64,000 nt of DNA from Acidobacteriota bacterium (GTDB lineage: Bacteria; Acidobacteriota; Vicinamibacteria; Vicinamibacterales; UBA2999), in NCBI GenBank assembly GCA_009694735.1, contig SHUG01000005.1, positions 1,390-65,389 of the forward strand. The letters are read 5' to 3'. The position numbers and the translations under genes are program-made. The notes under the pieces were generated by a model that made no database searches, was not told the origin of the DNA, and was given only the letters and a program-made list of their open reading frames with translations. Positions 1 to 8,808 of this stretch are shown here, piece after piece (the first letter of the stretch is position 1; each line of letters begins with the position of its first letter).

Positions 1-1212
1 TCCATCCATACCTTCAACCAGATCACCGGCGGCAACTCGATCCTCCCGCGCCAGGCCGCGGTGGCGAACGATCACTTCGTCTTCACCGGCAAAAAAGACG
101 ATGACAAGCAGACCGGGATTGGGCGGCAGTTCGCGGCGATCCACGACATCAAGAAGCCGTACTACGCGACGCCCGGCGACGGCATCTTCCACTTCTATTT
201 TCCGGAACAGGGTCTCGTTGTGCCGGGCCAGTTCATTCCCGGCGCCGACTCACACAGCCGTGCCTATGGCGCCTACGGCGCGGTCGGCATGGGTGTCGGA
301 TCGACGACGCTGGGCTTCGGCTGGTCGACCGGCTACATTTACTTCACGATGGCCAGGGAGCGCCGCGTCACCTTCCGCGGCAAGCTCAGTCCGTGGGTGA
401 CCGGCAAGGACATCGTGCTGGAACTGCTGCGGCGCTGGGGCGCCAAGCAGTCGCAGGGCATGTCGGTGGAACTGGTTGATGCCGACAAGCAGCTGCCGAT
501 CGCGTTCCGCAACACCATCGCCAACATGATGGCCGAGGCCGAAGCGCTCAACGGCATCTTTGCCCCCGACGAGATCACCTACAACTGGTATCGCGCCAAG
601 GGGATGAACGAGTTGCCGTATCCGCAGTTCGGCTGCGGGCCCGACGCGACGTTCGAGATCGACGAGGAACTGGTCCTCAATGACATCACGCCGATGATCG
701 CCAAGCCGTTCAGCCCCGGTAACGCATTTCCTGCCGAAGAGGTCGCGCGCGAGCGCATCGAATTCGACAAGGCGATGATCGGATCCTGCACCAACGGCAG
801 CTACGACGACTTGCTGTCGGCGGCACTGGTGCTGGTCGCCGCGCGGGCGAAGGGATTGACGAAGGTGCGGAAGGAGCTGGTCGTGTTCCCGGGGTCCGGT
901 GGCGTCAAGCTGCTGATCGAGCGGCCCGATCCGCGCCTGGGCGGCGAATCGATCGCCGACGTGTTCCGCAACGCGGGCGGGCAGATCCGCGCTTCGTGGT
1001 GCGGGCCGTGCTTTGGGCAGGGTAGCGACGCTCTCGAGAAAGGCCAGCGCGCGATCACCTCGTTCAACCGCAACTGGCAGAACCGGATGGGGCTTGGCGG
1101 CGAGGGCTACCTGGCATCACCGTCGGTGGTGGCCGCGTCGGCGCTCGCCGGCTACATGGCGCCACCGTCCGAGCTGGGCCTGTTGTGGGATCCGGAGAAG
1201 TACGGCGTCTAG
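1..1212 (+). CDS. aconitase-family dehydratase large subunit (LeuC/HacA-like), 5' end outside window
   Basis: Frame is open from base 1 (track ORF 61..1212). Motifs ADSHS, GSCTNG and CGPCFG match Fe-S ligand motifs of aconitase/isopropylmalate dehydratase large subunits. Stop TAG 1210-1212. Confidence 0.8.
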   Translation, partial: SIHTFNQITGGNSILPRQAAVANDHFVFTGKKDDDKQTGIGRQFAAIHDIKKPYYATPGDGIFHFYFPEQGLVVPGQFIPGADSHSRAYGAYGAVGMGVGSTTLGFGWSTGYIYFTMARERRVTFRGKLSPWVTGKDIVLELLRRWGAKQSQGMSVELVDADKQLPIAFRNTIANMMAEAEALNGIFAPDEITYNWYRAKGMNELPYPQFGCGPDATFEIDEELVLNDITPMIAKPFSPGNAFPAEEVARERIEFDKAMIGSCTNGSYDDLLSAALVLVAARAKGLTKVRKELVVFPGSGGVKLLIERPDPRLGGESIADVFRNAGGQIRASWCGPCFGQGSDALEKGQRAITSFNRNWQNRMGLGGEGYLASPSVVAASALAGYMAPPSELGLLWDPEKYGV

Positions 1213-1256
1213 GATTTGGTGATCTCGTGATTTGGTGATCTTGTGATTTGGCATTC
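1213..1256. repeat. tandem 8-mer array GATYTBGT (16-bp super-period), about 5 units
   Basis: GATTTGGT GATCTCGT GATTTGGT GATCTTGT GATTTGGC read directly. Lies between convergent stops. Confidence 0.8.
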
Positions 1257-1261
1257 CGCGA

Positions 1262-1729
1262 TCATTGGAAGCGCGTCTCGATGCGAACGGGAAAGTTCAC
1301 CGAGTTGGCGACGAAACACAGATGGTGCGCGCGCTCATGAAGTTGCCCGGCCAGCGTCGCATCGCTGCCGGCCTGAAGGGTCGCCACCGGCCGCAAGACC
1401 ACCTCGGTGAAGTGGCCACCCGTCTCCGCCACCTCCACCATCGTCCCCACCGCTTGGTCCACGTAGGCCGTCACGACCACGCCCGCCTCGGCACACAAGT
1501 GCAGGTACCACAGCATGTGGCACGACGACAGCGACATGACGAGTAGCTCCTCGGGGTTGTATCGCGCCGCATCGCCGCGAAACGCCGGATCCGACGACCC
1601 GGGGATGACGGGCTTGCCCGGCACCGAATACTCGTGCGCGCGGTCGTAGCCGCGATAGTGCGCGGTTCCCGTCCCGGTGTTACCGGTCCAGGTCATCCGA
1701 ATGGGGTAGAGGTGCGATGGCTGAGACAT
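1262..1729 (-). CDS. OsmC/Ohr-family peroxiredoxin-like protein
   Basis: 155 aa. N-terminal MTWTGNTGTGT and the SSCHMLWYLHLC cysteine region are typical of the OsmC family. Confidence 0.8.
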   Translation of the reverse strand: MSQPSHLYPIRMTWTGNTGTGTAHYRGYDRAHEYSVPGKPVIPGSSDPAFRGDAARYNPEELLVMSLSSCHMLWYLHLCAEAGVVVTAYVDQAVGTMVEVAETGGHFTEVVLRPVATLQAGSDATLAGQLHERAHHLCFVANSVNFPVRIETRFQ

Positions 1730-1735
1730 GGATTC

Positions 1736-2143
1736 TCACTTACTCCAGTCTTCGACGACCAATCCTGGAATACGGGGCATGTGCTTTCGATCTGCGGTCA
1801 CGAGCACGGCGTCGGCCGTCAACGCGTGCGCAGCGATCGCCAGGTCGAAATCTTCGATTCGTTCACCGCGCTTCTCGAGAGCAGCCTTGATCGCCCCAAA
1901 TGTGCGACTGACCTCATCGCTCCAATCCGAGCGCGGCATCGTTGCCGCAATCAGCGCGTGGCCGTCCTGTAACCACCGTTTGCGTTTTGAGTCGGGAAGT
2001 CGTGCGATGCCATAGGCAATCTCAGCCAGCGTTGGTTGCGAAACCGAGACTTCGTCACGACCGGCGGCGGCGAGCCGGGCGTTCACTGCGGGATCTCCGC
2101 GCATCACCGCCGATAGTGTGTTGGTATCGAGCAGATATCTCAC
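1736..2143 (-). CDS. vapC: PIN-domain ribonuclease toxin VapC
   Basis: RYLLDTNTL start and C-terminal LVTAD motif. I place the start at GTG 2143, which overlaps the upstream antitoxin stop as GTGA. The track ORF runs to 2191. Confidence 0.85.
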   Translation of the reverse strand: MRYLLDTNTLSAVMRGDPAVNARLAAAGRDEVSVSQPTLAEIAYGIARLPDSKRKRWLQDGHALIAATMPRSDWSDEVSRTFGAIKAALEKRGERIEDFDLAIAAHALTADAVLVTADRKHMPRIPGLVVEDWSK

Positions 2144-2388
2144 AGCTTCACCGGCGGCTTGGAACGGCGGTTCTGGACAATGCCCTGCCACATCTCCTCG
2201 ACGGCGGCCACCTGCTCGGTAGTAACTGATGAGAATCTCTCGAAAAAGCCCGAAGGCCAGGCCGTCTCGTCCCGCAGTGATCGTTCGACGGCGCGGACAA
2301 TCAGCCGGTTTCTGCTGGTGCCCAACTCCGCCGCACGGTGGTCGAGTGCGGCTAGCAGGTCGGCGGGAATGTGAACTGTGGTAGCCAT
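2140..2388 (-). CDS. vapB: ribbon-helix-helix (CopG-like) antitoxin VapB
   Basis: 82 aa. TVHIPADLLAALDHRAAELGTSRNRLIVRAVE fits a strand-helix-helix fold. Translationally coupled to vapC. Confidence 0.8.
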   Translation of the reverse strand: MATTVHIPADLLAALDHRAAELGTSRNRLIVRAVERSLRDETAWPSGFFERFSSVTTEQVAAVEEMWQGIVQNRRSKPPVKL

Positions 2389-2410
2389 GAATATATTCTA
2401 GAACATATTC
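2389..2410 (-). promoter_or_regulatory. putative vapBC operator/-10 region
   Basis: GAATATATTC-TA-GAACATATTC abuts ATG 2388. On the minus strand TAGAAT lies 6 nt before the ATG. Confidence 0.45.
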
Positions 2411-2480
2411 GTTTGGTTGGACGCCCTGTTACTGTTGTCACCCAGTTGGTGACGCGCGTGGTTGGCAGTGACAGTGGCTT

Positions 2481-2564
2481 GGGACCTGGGACCTAGGAGA
2501 CTTAGCCCGGGGCTAGGACCTACGGCCTAGCACCTAGGACTTAGGATCTACGACCTAGGACTTG
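2481..2564. repeat. degenerate heptanucleotide tandem array (consensus GGACCTA / CCTAGGA), about 12 units
   Basis: CTAGGA cores at 2493, 2513, 2534 and 2555 (spacing 20/21/21). ACCTAGGACTT is exact at 2532-2542 and 2553-2563. Confidence 0.8.
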
Positions 2565-2579
2565 AAATAAGCTAGGCGC

Positions 2580-3584
2580 GTGAAACTTGTCATTGCGCTG
2601 GTCGCGCTCAGCCTGGCCTCATTCCCGCCGGCCGAGCAGTCCACCCCGCTGAACGCTTTGCTGACGCGCGCGGCGACGGAGTTTCCAGGCATCGCCGCCA
2701 TCTGGGTGAAGCACCTGACCACCGGCGAAACCGCCGGTGTGCGCGAGGGCGAGCTGCTGAACAGCGCCAGCGTGATCAAGATCCCAGTGATGGTGCTGGC
2801 GTTCCAGATGGCCGAACGCGGCGAGATCAAGCTGGACGAGCGCATCACCATCCGTAAGGAAGACCTGCGCGGCGGCTCCGGTATCTTCCGCTACCACGAT
2901 GCCGGCCTGCAGCCGACCTTCCGCGAGGTATTGCTGCAGATGATCATCACGAGCGACAACACCGCGACCGACCTGGCGATTGGCCGGGTCGGTGGTGTGG
3001 CGGGCGTCAACGCCTGGCTGAAACAAAGCGGCTACGCCGACGGGCAGCGCCTCGTTCAGACGACCGGTGATCTGTTCGCCAAGTACAACGCCCTCCCACC
3101 GGCCGACGACCCGTCTTCGCGGCCGGAGGCCGCTTCCACCTTCGCTGAAGCTCCGGCGGACAAGTCGGCGAGGTCTCGCCGCAGCTCGTCTGAGTCAGCT
3201 CGAGCGGAGGCGGAGCGCAACGCCAGAACTAATAGCGATCGCACCTACTGGCTCGGAGAACTCACCGCGCGCAGCATCGGCCTGATGTTTGAAGCCATCG
3301 ACAGGAAGACCATCGCGTCAGCGGCGAGCTGCGATGAGATGCTGCGGATGCTGCGCGCGCAGCAGGCCGGGCAGCGGCGGCTGAATCACTTCATCTCGGT
3401 GCCCGTTGCGCACAAGACCGGCGACTTCCCGCCGGTGCTGGCGCACGACGTCGGGATCATCTACGCGCGTTCCGGACCGATCGTCGTGTCGTTCCTCGGC
3501 AACGCCATCACCGGCATCTACGGCGAAGCGGAAGATCGCATCGGCCGTTTCGCACAGCAAATCGTGGAGCACTTCGACAAATGA
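2580..3584 (+). CDS. class A beta-lactamase-fold serine hydrolase with low-complexity insert
   Basis: SVIK (SxxK), SDN and KTG motifs in canonical order. Signal-peptide-like N-terminus. GTG start. Confidence 0.8.
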   Translation: MKLVIALVALSLASFPPAEQSTPLNALLTRAATEFPGIAAIWVKHLTTGETAGVREGELLNSASVIKIPVMVLAFQMAERGEIKLDERITIRKEDLRGGSGIFRYHDAGLQPTFREVLLQMIITSDNTATDLAIGRVGGVAGVNAWLKQSGYADGQRLVQTTGDLFAKYNALPPADDPSSRPEAASTFAEAPADKSARSRRSSSESARAEAERNARTNSDRTYWLGELTARSIGLMFEAIDRKTIASAASCDEMLRMLRAQQAGQRRLNHFISVPVAHKTGDFPPVLAHDVGIIYARSGPIVVSFLGNAITGIYGEAEDRIGRFAQQIVEHFDK

Positions 3585-6283
3585 GCAGGCGTTTAGTTCT
3601 GATTGTTGTGACTCTGTGTTCTTTGTGTCCTCTGTGGCTAACGTCCGCGGCCGCCCAGGAGCCACCGCTGTGGCCGGGTGCGAAGTACGACACGGCCATC
3701 CCGACCATCAAGCAGGTGCTCGGGCACGATCACGGCGAAGTGATCACGCCGCCGGAAGGCATCGCCCAGTATCTGCAGGCGCTGCAGAAGGCCGCGCCGA
3801 CGCGGACGCGCCTGGTCGAGTATGCCCGCACATGGGAGGGGCGGCCGCTCTGGCTATTCGTGATTGGCAGCGCCGATCGCATCGCCAGGCTTGACCAGGT
3901 CAAGGCCGATTTGCGGCGCTTCGCCGACCCGCGCCACGTGGCCCCGTCCGAATCCGATCGCCTCGCCCGCGAACTCCCGGTCGTGGTGTGGCTGGTCCAC
4001 GGCGTGCACGGCAACGAAATGTCGTCGGCCGACGCCGCCCTCGCCGAGGCGTATCACCTGCTGGCGGCGCAGGGCGATGCCGGTGTCGACGCGGTGACGC
4101 GCGACGCGCTGGTGCTGATCGATCCGATGCAGAACCCCGACGGCCGCGCCCGGTTCGTGTTCCAGAACCTGCAGGGCCGCGCGGCGTCACCCGACGCGGC
4201 GCCGTACTCAGCGGAGCACGATGAGCCGTGGCCGGGCGGCCGGTCGAATCACTACCTCTTCGACATGAACCGCGACTGGTTCGCGCAGTCGCAGCCGGAG
4301 ACGCGCGGCCGCATCAAGATTGGCCTCGAGTATGTGCCGCAGGTCACCGTCGACCTGCACGAACAGGGCGGCGACAACGCCTACTACTTCGCGCCGCCGG
4401 CCGACCCGCTGAACCCGCACATCACCAAGAGCCAGGTGGCGTCGTGGGACCTGATCGGACGCGCCAACGCGGCGCGCTTCGACGAGCGTGGTTGGGCGTA
4501 CTACATCCGCGAGGTCTACGACGCCTTCTATCCCGGCTACGGCGACTCGTGGCCAACCTTCCAGGGATCGATCGGCATGACCTACGAGCAGGCGTCGGCG
4601 CGCGGCCTGGCGTTTTCTCGCCGCGACGGCGACACGCTGACCTATCGCGACGGCGTCATGCACCACTTCAACGCGGCCATCACCACCGCGATCACCGCGG
4701 CCCGCAATCGTGAGCGCCTGATGCGCGACTATCTCGAGTATCGGCGCAGCGCCGTCGCCGAGGGCGAGAAAGGTCCGATCCGCGACTACCTGATCGTGCC
4801 GGGTCACGATCCCTCACGCGCGGATCTGCTGGCGCGCAACCTGGCGACGCAAGGCATCGAAGTGCGGCGGGCGGAGGAGGCGATCAAGCTCGCGACGCGG
4901 ACGCTGCCGGCCGGCACCTACATCGTGTCCAACGCCCAGCCGACCGCGCGGATGGTGCGAAACCTGCTCGATCCCAAGACCGAGCAGCCGGCGGAGTTCA
5001 TTCGCAAGCAGGAAGAGCGGCGCAAGATGCGCCTCAACGACCAGATCTACGACATCACCGCGTGGAACTTGCCGATGCTGTTCGATGTCGAGCTGGTCAC
5101 GAGCGCTACCGCGGTGAGTGTCAAGACGACGAACGTCCCTGCGCAGTACGACGCGCCGATGCCGGCGCGCACCCTGGCTGCGGCCAAGGTCGGCTACCTG
5201 ATGCCGTGGGGATCCGGCGCGGCGGCGCTGTCGGCCGAAGCGCTGAAGCAAGGACTGCGCATTCGCAGCGTGGGCGGCGCCTTCACGCACGCCGGCCGCC
5301 GCTATCCGATTGGCACGGCGTTCTTCCGCACCGTGGAGAATCCCGCCGACCTCAACGCGAAACTGTCGGCGCTGACCCTTCGCCACAGCGCTGAACTGGT
5401 CGCGATCGACTCGTCGTGGGTAGACGAGGGCACGTCGCTCGGCAGCAACGACGTGCAGGCACTGAAGGCGCCGAAGGTGTTGCTGGTGTGGGATACGCCA
5501 ACCAGCACGCTCTCCGCCGGCTGGACCCGTTACGTGCTTGAACGTCGCTTCGGCCAGGACGTCACGGCGGTGCGCACCAGCTCACTCGCTCGTGCCAACT
5601 TCTACGATTACGACGTGATGGTGATGCCCTCGGGCAACTTTGCCGGCACTATCAACGACGCCGTCCTCAACCGAGTGAAGGATTGGTTGCGCAGTGGCGG
5701 CACGCTCGTGACCATGGCCGAGGCGACGCGCTGGGCGACCGGAGCGACGGTCGGCCTGTTGGAGACGACCGGCCTGTTGAAGGACGGCAAGCCCGACGTC
5801 CCGGTACCCGCGGGCCAGAGTGGCGCGCCGGCGGCGGCCCCAGGCAATAGGTCTGCGTCATCGGCGTCATCCGCGGCCCCGTCATCTGAGTTCGACTACG
5901 ACAAGGCCATCCAGCCCGACCGCGAACGACCGGCGTCGCAGCCAGGTGCCATCCTGCGCGTGACGCTCGACACCAATCATTGGCTGACCGCGGGGAATGA
6001 TGGCGAGACCCAAGTCATGATCGAGGGCGATCGCGTGTTCGCCCCGCTCAAGTTGAACAACGGGCGCAACGTCGGCATCTACGGCACCAAGGACAAGCTG
6101 ATTGCCTCCGGCCTGATCTGGCCCGAAGCGCAGGACATCCTCGTCCAGAAGGCGTTCCTGATGCACCAGCCGTTCGGCCAGGGCCACGTGATTGGCTTTG
6201 CCGAAGACCCGAACTATCGCGCCTTCACCGAATCGACGATGTTGTTGTTTATGAACGCGGTGCTGTTGGGGCCTGGATACTAG
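3581..6283 (+). CDS. M14-family zinc carboxypeptidase, secreted, large C-terminal extension
   Basis: 900 aa. HGVHGNEMSS (HxxE zinc motif). Signal peptide ending AAAQ. ATGA overlap with the upstream gene. Confidence 0.85.
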   Translation: MSRRLVLIVVTLCSLCPLWLTSAAAQEPPLWPGAKYDTAIPTIKQVLGHDHGEVITPPEGIAQYLQALQKAAPTRTRLVEYARTWEGRPLWLFVIGSADRIARLDQVKADLRRFADPRHVAPSESDRLARELPVVVWLVHGVHGNEMSSADAALAEAYHLLAAQGDAGVDAVTRDALVLIDPMQNPDGRARFVFQNLQGRAASPDAAPYSAEHDEPWPGGRSNHYLFDMNRDWFAQSQPETRGRIKIGLEYVPQVTVDLHEQGGDNAYYFAPPADPLNPHITKSQVASWDLIGRANAARFDERGWAYYIREVYDAFYPGYGDSWPTFQGSIGMTYEQASARGLAFSRRDGDTLTYRDGVMHHFNAAITTAITAARNRERLMRDYLEYRRSAVAEGEKGPIRDYLIVPGHDPSRADLLARNLATQGIEVRRAEEAIKLATRTLPAGTYIVSNAQPTARMVRNLLDPKTEQPAEFIRKQEERRKMRLNDQIYDITAWNLPMLFDVELVTSATAVSVKTTNVPAQYDAPMPARTLAAAKVGYLMPWGSGAAALSAEALKQGLRIRSVGGAFTHAGRRYPIGTAFFRTVENPADLNAKLSALTLRHSAELVAIDSSWVDEGTSLGSNDVQALKAPKVLLVWDTPTSTLSAGWTRYVLERRFGQDVTAVRTSSLARANFYDYDVMVMPSGNFAGTINDAVLNRVKDWLRSGGTLVTMAEATRWATGATVGLLETTGLLKDGKPDVPVPAGQSGAPAAAPGNRSASSASSAAPSSEFDYDKAIQPDRERPASQPGAILRVTLDTNHWLTAGNDGETQVMIEGDRVFAPLKLNNGRNVGIYGTKDKLIASGLIWPEAQDILVQKAFLMHQPFGQGHVIGFAEDPNYRAFTESTMLLFMNAVLLGPGY

Positions 6284-6292
6284 AATGCCTCG

Positions 6293-6403
6293 CACGGAAA
6301 CACGAAAACACGGAGACTAATTTATGACAACCGGAATTCGACGCGTTCGCGGAGTGGTATTTGGAGTCATGGCTCCGTGTTTCTGTGCCTCCGTGCTTCT
6401 GTG
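6293..6403 (+). repeat. inverted repeat of CACGRAAA-type units enclosing the start codon of the 6324 gene
   Basis: CACGAAAACACGGAG (6301-6315) pairs with CTCCGTGTTTCTGTG (6373-6387) at 14/15 positions including one G-T. The left arm is an 8-mer x3 array (6293-6316). Confidence 0.6.
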
Positions 6404-7502
6404 GATGTATCTGGCGGCCGCGCCCGCCGCGCAGAGCGCGCCGTACTATCCGCCAGCCGGCACATGGGCGAAGAAGACGCCGGCGGAACTGGGACTGGAT
6501 CCGGCTAAGCTGGCGGAAGCGGTCACTTGGGCGCAGACGCGCGAATCGAACCGCGCCATGGACTTCTCCGACCAGGAGAAGATCTTCGGTTCCCTGCTCG
6601 GCTCGGTGCCGACCAGGCGCGCGAAGACCAACGGCGTGGTCATCTACAAGGGCTACGTGGTCGCGGAGTTTGGTGACACCACGTGGGCCGACCCCACCTA
6701 CTCGGTGGCCAAGAGCATGATGTCGACGGTGGCGGCGATCGCGGTCCGCGACGGCAAGTTGCCGAACCTCGATCAGCCGGTCGGCGCTACCGTGAAGGAC
6801 GGCGGCTACGACTCGCCCCGCAATGCGCAGGTCACCTGGCAGATGCACCTGCAGCAGGAGACCGAGTGGCAAGGCAACATGTTCGGCAAGCAGGACGACT
6901 TCGTCGGCGCCGAGGCGTTCGGCGACGGCGAGCGCAAGCCACGCGAGCTGAAGCGTCCGGGCACCTTCTACGAATACAACGACGTGCGCATCAACCGCCT
7001 GGGCATGTCGTTGTTGCAGACGTTCCGCAAGCCGGTGCCGGAAGTCTTCCGCGATGAGGTAATGGATGTGATCGGCGCTTCCAACTCGTGGAAGTGGGTG
7101 CCGTACCACAACAGCTACGTCACCATCGACGGCAAGAAGATGCCGTCGGTGAGCGGCGGCACGCGCTGGGGCGGCGGCGTGTGGATCAACTCGTGGGACA
7201 TGGCGCGCTTCGGCTACCTGTGGCTGCGCGGCGGCAAGTGGGGCGACAAGCAGGTGCTGCCGCCGGCCTACGTCAAGGCGGCGGTCGCGCCGAGCGCGAA
7301 CGGTCCCGACTATGGCTACTTGTGGTGGTTGAATACGTCGGGGAAGAACTATCCGGGTCTGCCCGCCAACGTTTACGGCGCGCGCGGCGCCGGCAGCAAC
7401 ACCATTCTGATCTCACCGGATCACGATCTGGTGGTGGTGTGGCGCTGGCACGCCGGCAACGAGGGCGAGTTCGCCAAGCGCGTGATCGCCGCGATCAAGT
7501 AA
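6324..7502 (+). CDS. beta-lactamase/transpeptidase-fold serine hydrolase, secreted
   Basis: 392 aa. YSVAKS (SxxK) nucleophile motif. Hydrophobic signal region. Confidence 0.7.
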   Translation: MTTGIRRVRGVVFGVMAPCFCASVLLWMYLAAAPAAQSAPYYPPAGTWAKKTPAELGLDPAKLAEAVTWAQTRESNRAMDFSDQEKIFGSLLGSVPTRRAKTNGVVIYKGYVVAEFGDTTWADPTYSVAKSMMSTVAAIAVRDGKLPNLDQPVGATVKDGGYDSPRNAQVTWQMHLQQETEWQGNMFGKQDDFVGAEAFGDGERKPRELKRPGTFYEYNDVRINRLGMSLLQTFRKPVPEVFRDEVMDVIGASNSWKWVPYHNSYVTIDGKKMPSVSGGTRWGGGVWINSWDMARFGYLWLRGGKWGDKQVLPPAYVKAAVAPSANGPDYGYLWWLNTSGKNYPGLPANVYGARGAGSNTILISPDHDLVVVWRWHAGNEGEFAKRVIAAIK

Positions 7503-7559
7503 CCCTTACCAACCGGCGCCGGGCCTTCCGATAGGTCCTGACAAACGACAGGAATCTGT

Positions 7560-8744
7560 TTACTTGCCGTCCAGCTGCTCGATCGTGGCGGTGGAGGGCT
7601 GGCGCGTTTTCTGTAGACCAGCCGCCACCTTCTCTGCCTGTTTCATCACGCGCAGCACGTTCAGGCCCAGGACCTTCTTGATGTCGCCATCCGTGTAGCC
7701 GCGCTTCAGCAATTCGGCGGTCAGGTCCGGGTACTTCGACACGTCCTCGAGCCCGGCGACCACCTGGGTGATGCCGTCGAAGTCGCCGCCGAGGCCGAGG
7801 TGGTCGATGCCGGCGACCTTGCGGATATGATCGATGTGATCGGCCACCTGCGAGAGCGTGGCTCTCGGTGCCGGCCCGTCAGCTTTCCTGGCGTCGTGGT
7901 CGGCCACCGCTTGCGAGATGAAGCCGGGCACGAACGTCACCATCACCACGCCGCCGTTCCTGGCCGTGAGCTGCAGGATGTCGTCGGGCACGTTCCTCGC
8001 TACGTTGCAGATGGCCCGCGCGGAAGAATGCGAGAAGATCACCGGAGCTTCGCTGACGCGCAGCGCGTCTGCCATGGTCTCGGCCGAGACGTGGCTCAGG
8101 TCCACCAGCATGCCCAGCCGGTTCATCTCGCGGATCACTTCCTCACCGAACTTCGACAGGCCGCCGAGCACCGCGGTGTCGGTGCTGGCATCGGCCCACG
8201 CGAGGTTGGCGGAATGGGTGATGGTCATGTAGCGCGCGCCGAGTGCGTAAAACATGCGCAGCGAGGCCAGCGAGTTGTCGATCGAGTGCCCGCCCTCCAT
8301 GCCGATCAACGAGCCAATGCGGCCGGCCTTGAAGGAGCGCTCGACGTCGGCGGCGGTGTAGGCCATCTCGAAGGTCTCGGGCCAGCGCTTCGTCATGCGG
8401 TGGACGATGTCGATCTGCTCGAGGGTGGCACGCACCGCTTCCTTGCCTTGCATGGTCGCCGGCACGTAGACCGACCAGAACTGCCCGCCGAGGCCGCCCT
8501 GCCGCAGGCGGGGAATGTCGGTCATCAGCGACGGCACCGGTTTCGAGATCTCGGCCTTGCTGAAGTCGCGGCCCGGATCCAGTCCGCGCAGCGCCCACGG
8601 GTAGTCGTTGTGGCCGTCGATGAGCGGCGTTTGCTTGTGAAGGGCCCTGGCGCGGGCGAGGTAGTCGCTTTGGGCCCAGGTCTGGCTGCCGACCGTCATG
8701 ATGGCGACTCCGACCAGTGCGAGAGACAACAGGTATCGAGGCAT
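7560..8744 (-). CDS. membrane dipeptidase, peptidase family M19
   Basis: 394 aa. IDGHNDYPWALR and later HxD/E metal motifs are typical of renal-dipeptidase-like enzymes. Signal peptide present. Confidence 0.9.
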   Translation of the reverse strand: MPRYLLSLALVGVAIMTVGSQTWAQSDYLARARALHKQTPLIDGHNDYPWALRGLDPGRDFSKAEISKPVPSLMTDIPRLRQGGLGGQFWSVYVPATMQGKEAVRATLEQIDIVHRMTKRWPETFEMAYTAADVERSFKAGRIGSLIGMEGGHSIDNSLASLRMFYALGARYMTITHSANLAWADASTDTAVLGGLSKFGEEVIREMNRLGMLVDLSHVSAETMADALRVSEAPVIFSHSSARAICNVARNVPDDILQLTARNGGVVMVTFVPGFISQAVADHDARKADGPAPRATLSQVADHIDHIRKVAGIDHLGLGGDFDGITQVVAGLEDVSKYPDLTAELLKRGYTDGDIKKVLGLNVLRVMKQAEKVAAGLQKTRQPSTATIEQLDGK

Positions 8745-8763
8745 GCCCGTGATCCTGCCACAG

Positions 8764-8791
8764 GACAGGGATCAGGGATCAGGGACACAGC
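8764..8791. repeat. heptanucleotide array GACAGGG ATCAGGG ATCAGGG ACACAGC
   Basis: Read directly. Lies in the 64-nt spacer between the LytTR regulator stop and the M19 dipeptidase start. Confidence 0.75.
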
Positions 8792-8808
8792 TGCCCGCCA
8801 CACCTAGA

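Noticed and set aside
2481-2564. Possible CRISPR array or other spaced-repeat locus (also considered at 41882-41950 and 58663-58692)
   Set aside because: The units are 7-31 bp and directly adjacent or nearly so. There are no 25-40 bp unique spacers and no cas genes in the window.
6324-6440. Twin-arginine (Tat) signal in the 6324 hydrolase (GIRRVRGV)
   Set aside because: It does not fit the S/T-R-R-x-F-L-K consensus well, and the start codon itself is uncertain (in-frame ATG at 6369).
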